Shown: positions 1 to 9,173, counted from the first letter of the stretch. The stretch is 36,835 nt of DNA from Bacillota bacterium (GCA_023391725.1 JAEWAH010000052.1:1-36835), one strand, 5' to 3'. Notes: generated by a model not told the origin, from the sequence alone. Numbers and translations: made by a program.

Positions 1-531
1 AAGCGCGGGCTGCTCAACTGGACCAGCACAGTGGAAACGCTGCCCCACTTTGTAGATAAGAAGAACATTGCGCTCTTTACTTCCCACAAGGTCTTCAGCG
101 AGACAGAAATGCGCAGCCGCACCGACATCCTTCTGGAGAGCTATGTGAAAGTGATCAGCATCGAAGCTTTTACCATGCTGGAGATGGCCCGCAAGGACAT
201 CCTGCCCGCAGTGCTTTCTTACACCAAGGCCATAGCGGACGAGGTCCTCAGCAAGAAGGCCGTGCTTGTCTCCCTGGATGTGAGTGCCGAGGAGGCGCTT
301 TTGACCAAGCTTTCCACGCTTACCGGACTACTCAGCAAGAAAATCGAAGCGCTGGCCAACGCCATGGCCGACAACGGCGAAAGCGATCTGCTCAAGCACG
401 CCACGCACAGCCGGGATCACCTTGTCCCCGCCATGGCGGAGCTTAGGGCTGTGGCCGACGAGCTTGAGACCATCGTGGCAAAGGCCTACTGGCCCTATCC
501 CACCTATGGAGATTTGTTGTTCAACATTTAA
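1..531 (+). CDS. glnN: glutamine synthetase type III, C-terminal fragment (5' end lies outside the window)
   Basis: Frame 1 is open from nt 1 (KRGLLNWTSTVETLPHF...) to the stop at 529-531. The C-terminus ...AKAYWPYPTYGDLLFNI matches my recollection of the GS type III C-terminal signature. A terminator hairpin follows. Confidence 0.7.
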   Translation, partial: KRGLLNWTSTVETLPHFVDKKNIALFTSHKVFSETEMRSRTDILLESYVKVISIEAFTMLEMARKDILPAVLSYTKAIADEVLSKKAVLVSLDVSAEEALLTKLSTLTGLLSKKIEALANAMADNGESDLLKHATHSRDHLVPAMAELRAVADELETIVAKAYWPYPTYGDLLFNI

Positions 532-548
532 GGTTCAGCGCAAAAAGG

Positions 549-587
549 CATGCGCCGGCGGAAATTTCCGCCGGCGCATGTCGTTTT
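549..587 (+). terminator. rho-independent terminator downstream of glnN
   Basis: catgcgccggcgg (549-561) pairs with ccgccggcgcatg (568-580) and is followed by tcgtttt. Confidence 0.7.
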
Positions 588-597
588 GGGGCAAACC

Positions 598-625
598 GTA
601 GGGCGGGGGCTTGCCCCCGCCCTAC
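598..625. other. GC-rich hairpin between convergent genes
   Basis: Perfect 12-bp stem gtagggcggggg / cccccgccctac with loop cttg. No clear U-run on either strand. Confidence 0.5.
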
Positions 626-684
626 AAACGAGATATAATTTTTGTTCCTAACCGCTCTGATATCCAAGCAGAGAAATACATAAT

Positions 685-717
685 TGAGGGAATGGCTCTT
701 CGCTGCCATTCCCTCAA
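685..717 (-). terminator. terminator-like hairpin just after the stop of the wall-binding protein gene
   Basis: ttgagggaatggc (685-697) pairs with gccattccctcaa (705-717). On the minus strand it starts 4 nt after the stop codon and is followed by an AT-rich stretch. Confidence 0.55.
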
Positions 718-720
718 ATC

Positions 721-3342
721 TTACTTGATCTTGTTTTGTGTGGCCTTCCATCCCATGTCGATGGCCGTCTGATGGGAGGTGGCGTACGGCCCGATGGCCG
801 CTACTTCGGAGGCCGTGCGCGGGAAATGGATGCACATGTGGCCCGGGAAATTGTTCTCCTGGTTATGGTCCACGCTGTGGGGAACGTCGTGCGTCGAAGC
901 CATATAGACACGCCCGTCGCTGAAAATGACCCATACAGGCTTGGGCGTCCAGGTGTTTTTCCCGCCAAAGGCTTTGACCATGTTGGCGGTGTCCTGCGCG
1001 GTCAGCGGTTCCGAGTCGGCATGGGCGCCCAGGCTGAACATATGCACCTTCCAGCTGAGCCCCGTGTTATAGTCGTAGACTGTAGCGTAGGGGTATAGCC
1101 TGGCCCGGGCACGGATCTCCGTATACCAGTTGGCATAGCGCACCTGGGAGGCATTGGGGATAGTGCCGCCGGTAGTTGGCGGCGCGGTGGGCTTGGGGGT
1201 GGGCGTAGATCCCGGAACTGTGGGCGCAGGCTTGGCGTTTCCGCCGGTCAAAATAGCCAATGTCTGCGTGCCCGCAACGCCATCTGATGAGAGGCCGTTC
1301 TGCTTCTGGAAGGCCTGCAGCGCCAGGAAGGTCTGCAAACCGAAGACGCCGTCCGCCTTGCCCTTCAAATATCCAAGATTGATCAGCACTTGCTGCATGG
1401 CCTTGACCGACTCGTTCACATCGCCCTGCCGAAGCGATAAGGGCGGCGTGGGTGAAGGCGTAGCCACAGGGGCTCCCACAGCTTGGGGGGAATACAGCTT
1501 CTCCAATGTTTTGCCCCCGGCTACGCCGTCACGGACCAGGCCGTTGGCTTTTTGAAAGGCCACCCCAGCGGAAGCCGTAGCGATGCCATAGCTGCCGTCC
1601 GCCTTGCCCGTAAGGAAGCCCAATTGGATCAGCCGCTGCTGGAGGGACACGACTTCGTTTCCACGATCCCCCTGGCGCAGGGTGTTAAGCGCAGGCGCGA
1701 TAGTAGGCGCTGGTGTAGGCGTCGCGGCAAAGCCGGGGCCGGGGACCGCCTTATTGCTGTAAAGAATGACTTGCGTATCATACCCCGCGATGCCATCCGC
1801 CTTCAGGCCGTTTGCCTTTTGAAAGGCTTTCACCGCCGAGATATCCGCGGCCTTATAATCTCCGTCCATACGCGCGGTATAATAGCCCAGCTCCGTCAGC
1901 CGCTTTTGCAGGTTCAAAACAGGAATGCCCCGGGTACCGCTGTGGATCTCGACCACATTCTCCGGCGTCATCGGCGTAGCCGTAGGCACGGGAGTGGCCG
2001 CCGCCTGAGCGGGAATGGCGAAGTCGCTGAACAATACGTTTTGTGTACTCGCGCCGGCCACCCCGTCTGCCTTCAGCCCATTGTTCTGCTGGAAGGCCTT
2101 CAGGGCCGCCGCGCTGGCCTGGCCAAACTTGCCGTCGGCGGAGCTTTTCAAATACCCCAGGTCTTTCAGGCGCTTTTGCACCGTGCGGGCGGCCTCGCCT
2201 TCATCCCCCTGGCGCACCGTAACGCCCGGCGCATCAGCAATGGGCTTGGGGGTTGCGGTTGCCGTTTCATCCTTGGCCAGGGCACTGTCGCTGTACAGCT
2301 TCTGCTGGGTGGTCTTGCCCGCCAAGCCATCCGCCGTAAGGCCGTTTTTCTTTTGGAACTCCTTCACTGCCGCCATGGTTGCGCTGGTGCAGGTGCCATT
2401 CACCGCCCCAGTGTAGTACTTAAGCAGCGCCAACCGCTCCTGCATTTGAATAACCGCGTCGCCCTGATTGTTCTGGCGGATGGTAAACCCTTCAATGGGG
2501 GGCAGCGTCATGGCTTTGACGGCCTTGCCACGGGCATTGACAGGCTTGTTCTCATAAAGCAGTGTCTGCAATTGGGCGTCTGCCTCGCCCGTCTCTTGGA
2601 AGCCGTTCTTCTTCTGGCATGCCTTTACCGCGGTTTCCGTCTTGGCTCCGAAGGCCCCATCCACAGAGCCTGAGAGATATTCCAATTCGATCAAAACCTG
2701 CTGAAGCGCACGTACTTCCGTGCCGGAGGCACCGCGGCTTAAGAGAATATAGGCGTCATTGACCGTTTGAGGGGCGTTGGGCGCAGGCGTGGGCGCGGGG
2801 GTAGCCACGATCCTCACATAGATGAACTCGGCCATGGCATAGCCGCTTTTTCCTTCATAGCGGACCTTCAAATAGCTGCCCGTTTCCCCCTCCACCGTGA
2901 TCTCCGCACCCTTGGGGATACGCGCCAGGATCACCCCGGAGGAAGACGCGCTGCGGCGCAGGTTCACGCCGTCTTTTGTGGTCGTTTGATAGGGGTAGCC
3001 TGAAACGGTCCCGGCGGAGGAGGATTTCACGGTGGCCGTTTGGGAAGGCCCCTGATCGCCTATGTACTGCTTCATCACATAACCCGTGCGGTTATTGAAA
3101 GAAACCTTATAGTAGCCGCCGGATTCCCCCAGCACTGTGACCTCTTGTCCTTTTTCCAGCCGCTCCAGAACGACGGAAGAAGAGGAAGCGCTGCGGCGCA
3201 GGTTCACCTTGTCGTTGGTGGTGGCGGTATACGGATAGGCCGCGGCCTGCGCCAGCGGCGAATATATTCCCAGCAAAAGCAAAAGGGCGCAAAAAAGAGC
3301 ACGCACCCGTAAACTGGCCTTCTTTCCTGAAGTAAAGTGCAT
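721..3342 (-). CDS. secreted peptidoglycan-binding protein: signal peptide, 2 SH3b domains, 6 PG_binding_1 repeats, uncharacterised His-rich C-terminal domain
   Basis: Start moved to ATG 3342 (MHFTSGKK...) because GGGAGGA sits 6 nt upstream. Hydrophobic signal LFCALLLLLGIYSPLAQA. Two YxVxxxxNLRRSASSSS...GYV/GYA SH3b-like units. Six units of the pattern LQxxLxxLGYLxGxxDGxFGxxTxxAxxxFQxxNGLxxDGxAGxxT. Confidence 0.85.
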   Translation of the reverse strand: MHFTSGKKASLRVRALFCALLLLLGIYSPLAQAAAYPYTATTNDKVNLRRSASSSSVVLERLEKGQEVTVLGESGGYYKVSFNNRTGYVMKQYIGDQGPSQTATVKSSSAGTVSGYPYQTTTKDGVNLRRSASSSGVILARIPKGAEITVEGETGSYLKVRYEGKSGYAMAEFIYVRIVATPAPTPAPNAPQTVNDAYILLSRGASGTEVRALQQVLIELEYLSGSVDGAFGAKTETAVKACQKKNGFQETGEADAQLQTLLYENKPVNARGKAVKAMTLPPIEGFTIRQNNQGDAVIQMQERLALLKYYTGAVNGTCTSATMAAVKEFQKKNGLTADGLAGKTTQQKLYSDSALAKDETATATPKPIADAPGVTVRQGDEGEAARTVQKRLKDLGYLKSSADGKFGQASAAALKAFQQNNGLKADGVAGASTQNVLFSDFAIPAQAAATPVPTATPMTPENVVEIHSGTRGIPVLNLQKRLTELGYYTARMDGDYKAADISAVKAFQKANGLKADGIAGYDTQVILYSNKAVPGPGFAATPTPAPTIAPALNTLRQGDRGNEVVSLQQRLIQLGFLTGKADGSYGIATASAGVAFQKANGLVRDGVAGGKTLEKLYSPQAVGAPVATPSPTPPLSLRQGDVNESVKAMQQVLINLGYLKGKADGVFGLQTFLALQAFQKQNGLSSDGVAGTQTLAILTGGNAKPAPTVPGSTPTPKPTAPPTTGGTIPNASQVRYANWYTEIRARARLYPYATVYDYNTGLSWKVHMFSLGAHADSEPLTAQDTANMVKAFGGKNTWTPKPVWVIFSDGRVYMASTHDVPHSVDHNQENNFPGHMCIHFPRTASEVAAIGPYATSHQTAIDMGWKATQNKIK

Positions 3343-3381
3343 GCTCCATCCTCCCACTTCGCTGTTTCCATCGGTGAGCCA

Positions 3382-3410
3382 ATTTTATGTCATTTTTATT
3401 CCAATGTCAA
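3382..3410 (-). promoter_or_regulatory. sigma-A type promoter for the wall-binding protein gene
   Basis: The minus strand reads TTGACA (3410-3405), a 17-nt spacer, then TAAAAT (3387-3382), in an AT-rich spacer about 40 nt upstream of the start. Confidence 0.6.
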
Positions 3411-3436
3411 GTGCTTTCTTAATATTTGTGTAATAT

Positions 3437-4138
3437 TTACAGTTGTGCGGAAGAGTACTCATCCAGGGGCGGCAGCGGGGGCAGCACGCCTGCGCGCTTC
3501 TTTAATTGGGACTGCAAAAATCTCAGAGCGTCGTCGTATGTGTCCGGCTGGCAGTGCACCACCAGGGCGACCCACCAGCGGGGGCTATGCAGGAGGATCT
3601 TATCCTTATCGGGCCATAGCTGCACTCTTTTGAGCGCTTGCCATGGCACATGCTTTTCATCCAGCTTCCAAATGGACCGGCCCAACATGTCCTCTTCCGT
3701 GGGCTCACTCAAAAGGCGCAGCCAGCGCCGCAAAACCGGCGGCTTCACCATATAAATGGCCGCATGGGCACCCGTGTGGTCCAGCACGTAGCGGACCTCC
3801 TCCCGGCCCCTGAACATCAATACAAGAAGAATGATCAGCCCCATGGCCCCGGCGATCTCCAATATGAGCGGCAGCAGCCCTTCCTTGAGCAGTGTCTGCA
3901 CGCCCAAAAAACCTTTTGCAGCCCATTCCGTCCCCACCGCAGCTATCAAAAGCAGCGCAACCACCGGCAGCGCAATGCGCAATATCGCACTCCAGCTCAA
4001 AAAATCCCGTGCCGGGGCGTATTCATAGCTCCAGCTCAGGCGCAGGCTATTCGCAGAAAGCTTCTGACCGCAATGGGGGCACATGGGCCCGGGCGTCACT
4101 TCCAGCTTGCATTTTTTGCAGTAGGCGGCAATGGGCAT
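3437..4138 (-). CDS. hypothetical membrane protein with N-terminal zinc-ribbon
   Basis: 233-aa ORF. The N-terminus CKKCKLEVTPGPMCPHCG is a CxxC...CxxC ribbon. Hydrophobic helices follow, then a soluble C-terminal domain. I recognise no family. Confidence 0.6.
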   Translation of the reverse strand: MPIAAYCKKCKLEVTPGPMCPHCGQKLSANSLRLSWSYEYAPARDFLSWSAILRIALPVVALLLIAAVGTEWAAKGFLGVQTLLKEGLLPLILEIAGAMGLIILLVLMFRGREEVRYVLDHTGAHAAIYMVKPPVLRRWLRLLSEPTEEDMLGRSIWKLDEKHVPWQALKRVQLWPDKDKILLHSPRWWVALVVHCQPDTYDDALRFLQSQLKKRAGVLPPLPPLDEYSSAQL

Positions 4139-4274
4139 GTTGACTTCTTCGCTTCCTTATCACATTTTCCGTTTCCATTATAACGGAAACGAGCGCGCCG
4201 GACAAGCTTGCATAATCCCAGCGGGAATCCGGAAAATAGATTTGACGATTCAAATCCTGAAAGGAGAAAGAACC

Positions 4275-4448
4275 ATGCGCAAGTACCCCGGCCTCAGCCG
4301 CCTGCTCGCTGACGATAAGGAGGCCAGCGACTTCTTCAACAAGCTTCCTGATTACGTGAAGAACGGTATCCGCCAGCGCGCCGACAACATCAATTCCTTC
4401 GCATCCCTGAAAACCTACGCGAATAATTTGACCCAGGGTGACGACTAG
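4275..4448 (+). CDS. small hypothetical protein (57 aa)
   Basis: ATG 4275 is preceded by AAAGGAGAA with about 7 nt spacing. The longer ORF-track start at 4131 has no RBS. Product MRKYPGLSRLLADDKEASDFFNKLPDYVKNGIRQRADN..., family not recognised. Confidence 0.5.
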   Translation: MRKYPGLSRLLADDKEASDFFNKLPDYVKNGIRQRADNINSFASLKTYANNLTQGDD

Positions 4449-4480
4449 CCAGGGGCTCCGCCCCTAGTCCCCGCGAAAGG

Positions 4481-4577
4481 TTCCGGAGCCGAGCGCCGCC
4501 TGTGGCGGATGAAGCGAGGTGGAGGAAGCTGACGAAACGAGCAATGCGAGCGCTAGCGGAGCAGTGCGACGATTGAG
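4481..4577 (+). repeat. family B repeat, copy B1 (about 97 nt)
   Basis: Shares long identical blocks with 12142-12236 and, as reverse complement, with 10647-10742. One example is the 24-mer gcgccgcctgtggcggatgaagcg at 4493-4516. Confidence 0.85.
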
Positions 4578-4590
4578 ACAGCCGGAATAA

Positions 4591-4610
4591 AACCCCTTGA
4601 GAATCCCCAT
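4591..4610 (+). repeat. family D repeat core, copy D1
   Basis: aaccccttgagaatccccat is identical (20/20) to the reverse complement of 21739-21758 and matches 10768-10787 at 19/20. Confidence 0.8.
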
Positions 4611-4633
4611 ATAGAGAAGGTAAAGCCGATTGC

Positions 4634-4678
4634 ATTCCCCTCCAGAGGAGGGGTGGACGGCGAAGCCGGACGGTGGTT
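4634..4678 (+). repeat. family C repeat, copy C1
   Basis: ATTCCCCTCC-agag-GGAGGGG-TGGACGGCGAAGCCGGACGGTGGTT has the same architecture as 23658-23702 and 30751-30793. A partial inverted partner cctctggaggggaat lies at 4764-4778. Confidence 0.75.
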
Positions 4679-4880
4679 GAGCCTCCTTTTGAAAGGAGGT
4701 GGCGCAAAGCGCAGGAGGATTGAGCGAACGTCTTCAACCAGCCTAGAGCTACGCGTTACCAATCCTCTGGAGGGGAATTGCCTCGTTCCGCTATATGAAA
4801 ACCATCGACCTAAAGCAGGCTACGATGGCTTATGCAGATCAATAATATCTTTCCCCTAGCTAAAGTTTTTCAGGAAGGGG

Positions 4881-4920
4881 TGCGGGGAGGGAGCTTTTTT
4901 CAAAAAGCCCCCTCCCCGCA
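4881..4920. terminator. long palindromic hairpin downstream of gpmI (terminator-like)
   Basis: tgcggggagggagc-ttttttcaaaaa-gccccctccccgca. The T and A tracts sit inside the palindrome, so it is symmetrical on both strands. A related hairpin lies at 32391-32424. Confidence 0.5.
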
Positions 4921-4947
4921 GCTGTCCCTATATATCTCTCGTTCCCC

Positions 4948-6489
4948 TTATACCAGCGGTTTCCCCGTCATTTCCTTAGGCACGGGAATGTTCATGCTAT
5001 GAAGCATGGTGGGAGCGATATCCGCCAGGCGGCCGCCTTCGCGAAGGGATCTGCCCACGAATTCCGGGCCCACGGCGATAAAAGGTACGGGGTTGGTGGT
5101 ATGGGCGGTGAAGGGCTCGCCAGTCTCGGGGTCTACCATCTGATCGGCGTTGCCGTGATCGGCTGTGACAAAGGCGCGGCCGCCATTTTGAAGGATGGCC
5201 GCGACCACCTTGTCCACGCAGATGTCCACCGCCTTGACCGCTGCCATGGCGGCATCCATGATGCCGGTATGGCCCACCATGTCGCAGTTGGCGAAGTTCA
5301 GGATCATCACGTCGTACTTCTTTTCGTTGATGAGCGCCACGGCCTTGTCGGCCACTTCATAGGCGGACATCTCGGGCTTCAAGTCAAAGGTGGCTACTTT
5401 GGAAGAGGGGATTAGTTCCCGGTCCTCTCCCTCATTGGGCCTTTCCACGCCGCCGTTAAAGAAGAAGGTGACGTGAGCATACTTCTGCGTCTCGGCGATG
5501 CGCAATTGCGTTTTGCCCAAAGATGCAAGGTATTCGCCCAGGGTATTGTCCATGGATTCAGGGCCGTTGACGATCTTGAGCCCCGTAAAAGTCTCGTCGT
5601 ATTGGGTCATGCTCACGAACTGCACCGGGAAATATCCCTTGCCCCGGATGAAGCCTGAAAAGTCCGGCTGGATAAAGGTACGGGTCAGCTGCCGCGCCCG
5701 GTCGGGCCGGAAGTTGAAGAACACAACCGAATCCCCTTCCGAGATCACTGCGGTAGGCTGGCCGTTTTTGAGGACCACCGTGGGCCGCACGAATTCGTCG
5801 GTCTCGTTCAGTGCGTAGCTTTGCTCCACGGCCTGGGGGCCGTTATCAGCCGTAGCCTGGCCAGCGCCCAGTACCATGGCGTCATAGGCCTTTTGCACCC
5901 GGTCCCAAAGGTTGTCCCGATCCATGGCCCAGTAGCGGCCCATGACGGTGGCAATCTCGCCTACACCAATTTCTTTGAGCTTGTCCTCCAGCTCTTTCAC
6001 GTAGCCTAAGCCGCTGGTGGGGGGCACATCCCGGCCATCCAGGAAGCAGTGGATGTACACCTTATGGAGGCCGCGATTCTTTGCCATCTCCAATAAAGCG
6101 TATAGGTGGGTGTTGTGGCTGTGGACGCCACCGTCGGAGAGCAAGCCCATCATATGCAGTGCCTTGCCGGATTTTTGGGCGCTGTCCATCGCCCAAATCA
6201 GCGCTTCCTTCTCAAAGAAAACACCGTCCTGAATATCCTTGGTGATGCGGGTGAGCTCCTGATACACGATGCGCCCGGCGCCCATGTTCAGGTGGCCTAC
6301 CTCGCTGTTGCCCATCTGGCCGTCCGGCAGGCCCACGTCCATGCCGCTGGCGCCCAATTGGGTGTGGGGATATTTGGCCATCAGCGCGTCCAGGTGGGGC
6401 GTGCCCTGCTGGGCGATGGCGTTGCCTTCCTTTGCGGGATTAAGGCCGAAGCCATCCATAATGATCAGGGCGGTCATGGTTTTGTTCAT
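4948..6489 (-). CDS. gpmI: 2,3-bisphosphoglycerate-independent phosphoglycerate mutase
   Basis: 513 aa. N-terminus ALIIMDGFG, LSDGGVHSH, and C-terminal ADHGNA-type metal-site motifs typical of iPGM. Confidence 0.95.
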   Translation of the reverse strand: MNKTMTALIIMDGFGLNPAKEGNAIAQQGTPHLDALMAKYPHTQLGASGMDVGLPDGQMGNSEVGHLNMGAGRIVYQELTRITKDIQDGVFFEKEALIWAMDSAQKSGKALHMMGLLSDGGVHSHNTHLYALLEMAKNRGLHKVYIHCFLDGRDVPPTSGLGYVKELEDKLKEIGVGEIATVMGRYWAMDRDNLWDRVQKAYDAMVLGAGQATADNGPQAVEQSYALNETDEFVRPTVVLKNGQPTAVISEGDSVVFFNFRPDRARQLTRTFIQPDFSGFIRGKGYFPVQFVSMTQYDETFTGLKIVNGPESMDNTLGEYLASLGKTQLRIAETQKYAHVTFFFNGGVERPNEGEDRELIPSSKVATFDLKPEMSAYEVADKAVALINEKKYDVMILNFANCDMVGHTGIMDAAMAAVKAVDICVDKVVAAILQNGGRAFVTADHGNADQMVDPETGEPFTAHTTNPVPFIAVGPEFVGRSLREGGRLADIAPTMLHSMNIPVPKEMTGKPLV

Positions 6490-6524
6490 AGGATAATTAA
6501 TCCTTTCCTATGGGATTCCGGAGA

Positions 6525-6588
6525 GGATTTCGCTCCTGCGGGAGCGACCAAAGGGCTTTCCGGTCGCCCTTTGGAAACCTTCGGAGGC
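6525..6588 (+). repeat. family A repeat, copy A1 (gpmI-tpiA spacer)
   Basis: ggatttCGCTCCTGCGGGAGCGACCAAAGGGCTTTCCGGTCGCCCTTTGGAAACCTTCGGAGGC. The 58-nt core 6531-6588 differs from 7415-7472 at one position. Confidence 0.9.
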
Positions 6589-6604
6589 TTTCCCTCCCCA
6601 TTAA

Positions 6605-7357
6605 TTACAGATTGAAATTGACCACCTTGGCAAAGTCAGGCGCCTTCAGCGATGCGCCGCCGATAAGGCCGCCGTCGATCTCGGGCTGGGCCATAAGGCC
6701 CTTGACGTTGCCGGGGTTCATGCTCCCGCCGTACTGGATGCGCACGGCATCAGACACCTTGGCGCCATACTTGCGCGAAAGGGCCGCGCGGATCACGCCG
6801 ATGGTCTCGTTGGCCTGCTCGTCGGTGGCGGTCAGGCCCGTGCCGATGGCCCACACAGGCTCATAGGCAATAACGATATTCTTGACCTCATCCTCCGTAA
6901 GCCCGGTGAGGGCGATGAGCGTTTGATATTCCACCAGCGCATCGGTATACCCGGCTTCCCGCTGCTCCTTCATTTCGCCCACGCACAGGATCACCGTGAG
7001 CCCGGCGGCGACGGCGGCCTTGACACGCAGATTCACTGTGGCGTCGGTCTCGCCGAAGTATTGGCGGCGTTCGCTGTGGCCGATGATCACGTATTCCACA
7101 CCGGAGGCTTTGAGCATTTGAGCGGAAAGCTCGCCGGTATAAGCTCCGGATTCCTTCCAGTGGACGTTCTGGGCGCCCAGATGGATGTTGGAGCCGGAGA
7201 TAGCTTCCTTCACCGCGGCAAAGTCCACCGCAGGAACGCAAACGACTACTTCGCAGGGGGCGGCCGTGACCAAGGGCTTGAGTTCTTCCACCAGGTGGGC
7301 AGCCTCGGCGGGGGTCTTGTTCATTTTCCAGTTCCCGGCAATAATGGGTGTACGCAT
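6605..7357 (-). CDS. tpiA: triose-phosphate isomerase
   Basis: Start moved to ATG 7357 (MRTPIIAGNWKMN), with AAGAGGA upstream. Motifs IIGHSERR and AYEPVWAIGTG. Confidence 0.95.
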   Translation of the reverse strand: MRTPIIAGNWKMNKTPAEAAHLVEELKPLVTAAPCEVVVCVPAVDFAAVKEAISGSNIHLGAQNVHWKESGAYTGELSAQMLKASGVEYVIIGHSERRQYFGETDATVNLRVKAAVAAGLTVILCVGEMKEQREAGYTDALVEYQTLIALTGLTEDEVKNIVIAYEPVWAIGTGLTATDEQANETIGVIRAALSRKYGAKVSDAVRIQYGGSMNPGNVKGLMAQPEIDGGLIGGASLKAPDFAKVVNFNL

Positions 7358-7409
7358 ATGGCTGAATTCCTCTTTTCTTCTAGAGTATGAATACTGCGTG
7401 AAGCAAAAG

Positions 7410-7472
7410 GGTTCCGCTCCTGCGGGAGCGACCAAAGGGCTTTCCGGTCGCCCTTTGGAGACCTTCGGAGGC
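7410..7472 (+). repeat. family A repeat, copy A2 (tpiA-pgk spacer)
   Basis: Near-identical to A1 (57/58 over the core). Confidence 0.9.
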
Positions 7473-7553
7473 GATAATTGAGTGATTGCCCTTGTTTTTC
7501 GGATAAATGCCCTAACATTATGCCCACATAATGCGCCCTTATCTCATAGATAC

Positions 7554-7581
7554 AGGCAGGGGGCGCAATCTCCCCCTGCCT
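7554..7581. other. GC-rich hairpin in the pgk-tpiA spacer
   Basis: aggcaggggg-cgcaatct-ccccctgcct, a perfect 10-bp stem. A T-rich tail occurs only on the plus strand, where there is no gene to terminate. Confidence 0.5.
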
Positions 7582-7618
7582 TATATCTTTTCCCCAGCAC
7601 AGGGATCCTCCAGAAAAG

Positions 7619-7670
7619 CCTCCCTTGTTAAAGGGAGGGCGACCGCCCGCAGGCGGTGGGGGGATTCCCT
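7619..7670 (+). repeat. family C-like variant (two-hairpin module)
   Basis: cctccc-ttgttaaa-gggagg followed by gcgaccgcc-cgca-ggcggtgggggg. The architecture matches family C but the sequence has diverged. Confidence 0.4.
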
Positions 7671-7701
7671 TGAGCAGCGTCTAGGTCAAATCCCCAGTCT
7701 C

Positions 7702-8886
7702 TTACTTATCATTCAGCGCGGCAACGCCGGGAAGTTCCTTGCCTTCCAGGAATTCCAGAGAAGCCCCGCCGCCGGTGGACACATGTGTCATCTTATTGGC
7801 GTAACCCATCTTTTCTACAGCCGCGACGCTGTCGCCGCCGCCGATAATGGTCACGCCGCCGCACTGGGCCATGGCCTTGGCAATAGACCTGGTGCCAGTA
7901 GCAAAATTTTCAAACTCGGACACGCCCACGGGGCCGTTCCAGATGACGGTCTTGGCCTGAGCGATCTCATTGGCGAAGATCACCTGGGTATTGGGGCCGA
8001 TGTCCATGCCCTCAAAACCATCGGGGATCTCCTTGGAGTGAACAGTGATGCGCAGCGCATCATTGGAGAAGCTGTCGCCAGCCTCGTTATCCACAGGCAA
8101 CAGGAGTTTGACGCCCTTTTTGTGGGCCTTTTCCATGAGCTCCTTGGCCAGCTCGATTTTGTCGGCCTCCAGCAAGGACTTGCCGATGTGGCCGCCCAGC
8201 GCCTTCTGGAAGGTGTAGGACATGCCGCCGCCGATGATTAATACATCCACCTTTTCCAGGAGGTTGTTGATGACGCCGATCTTATCAGAGACCTTGGCGC
8301 CGCCCAGGATCGCCACAAAGGGGCGCTCCGGGTTTTCCAGAGCCTTGCCCATTACGGACAGTTCCTTGCCGATGAGATACCCGGCCACAGCGGGCAGGTA
8401 GTGAGCCACACCCTCGGTGGAGGCATGGGCCCGGTGCGCGGTGCCAAAAGCGTCATTGACATAGATCTCCGCCAGAGAGGCAAGAGCCTTGGCGAATTCG
8501 GGATCATTCTTTTCTTCTTCCTTGTGGAAGCGGACGTTCTCCAGCATCATCACGTCGCCGTCCTTAAGCCCGGCAGCCAGTGCCTGGGCGGAGGGGCCGA
8601 TGACATCCGCCGCCAGCTTGACTTCTTTGCCAAGCAGCTGGGTCAGGCGCTCCACCACGGGCTTTAAGCTGAACTTCATGTCAAATCCATCTTTGGGACG
8701 CCCCAGATGGGAGCAGAGGATGACCTTGGCGCCGTTTTGCACGAGGTACCGGATGGTGGGCAGCGCACCGCGAATGCGGGTCTCGTCGGTAATGGCATTG
8801 TTTTCATCCAAGGGCACATTGAAATCGCAGCGGACGAGCACCTTCTTACCGGAAACCTGAATGTCCTCAATGGTCTTCTTTGCCAT
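7702..8886 (-). CDS. pgk: phosphoglycerate kinase
   Basis: Start moved to ATG 8886 (MAKKTIEDI...) with AAGGAG 8 nt upstream. Typical PGK N-terminus [11 protein letters not shown] and C-terminus [18 protein letters not shown]. Confidence 0.95.
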   Translation of the reverse strand: MAKKTIEDIQVSGKKVLVRCDFNVPLDENNAITDETRIRGALPTIRYLVQNGAKVILCSHLGRPKDGFDMKFSLKPVVERLTQLLGKEVKLAADVIGPSAQALAAGLKDGDVMMLENVRFHKEEEKNDPEFAKALASLAEIYVNDAFGTAHRAHASTEGVAHYLPAVAGYLIGKELSVMGKALENPERPFVAILGGAKVSDKIGVINNLLEKVDVLIIGGGMSYTFQKALGGHIGKSLLEADKIELAKELMEKAHKKGVKLLLPVDNEAGDSFSNDALRITVHSKEIPDGFEGMDIGPNTQVIFANEIAQAKTVIWNGPVGVSEFENFATGTRSIAKAMAQCGGVTIIGGGDSVAAVEKMGYANKMTHVSTGGGASLEFLEGKELPGVAALNDK

Positions 8887-8971
8887 GGTACACACTCCTT
8901 ATGCATGAATTTGGGAGTCGTTCTTTTTTGTATTGCCATCCCCGCAGGGCATGCAATCGTATTAAGGTGGG

Positions 8972-9056
8972 GGTTTCGCGCCTGCAGGCGAGAGAGGAGG
9001 ATTCCGCACCTGGGGGTGCGGCCAGGGCTTTCCTAACGCCCTGGACCTTCGGAGCC
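8972..9056 (+). repeat. family A repeat, copy A3, with a 31-nt insertion between its two hairpins
   Basis: ggtttCGCGCCTGCAGGCG + agagaggaggattccgcacctgggggtgcgg + CCAGGGCTTTCCTAACGCCCTGGACCTTCGGAGCC. Confidence 0.75.
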
Positions 9057-9072
9057 ATCCCCTACAGGCTGT

Positions 9073-9147
9073 GCGCCTGCGGGCGCAGGAGATGAGCTTT
9101 CGTGTCTGTGGACGCGACCAGGGCTTTCCGGTCGCCCCGGACGCTCC
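9073..9147 (+). repeat. family A repeat, copy A4 (degenerate)
   Basis: GCGCCTGCGGGCGC, then a 27-nt insert, then GCGACCAGGGCTTTCCGGTCGCCCCGGACGCTCC. Confidence 0.6.
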
Positions 9148-9173
9148 TGAACATTGACCTCAACGAGAAACTA

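Noticed and set aside
1483-2673. 396-aa plus-strand ORF
   Set aside because: It lies entirely antisense to the well-supported PG_binding_1 repeat gene. Its Arg/Gly/Leu-rich composition is typical of shadow ORFs in high-GC DNA, and it has no RBS.
4390-4737. 115-aa minus-strand ORF, and related ORFs 10506..10826 and 11808..12275 sharing strings such as RIARF.S.L..ASSATGGA
   Set aside because: The similarity comes from reading through family B repeats. The three copies are not open in a common frame, and there is no RBS. They are treated as non-coding repeats.
8887-9173. Search for a degraded gapA remnant between cggR and pgk
   Set aside because: No frame gives GAPDH-like sequence. The spacer is fully accounted for by two family A copies and their inserts.
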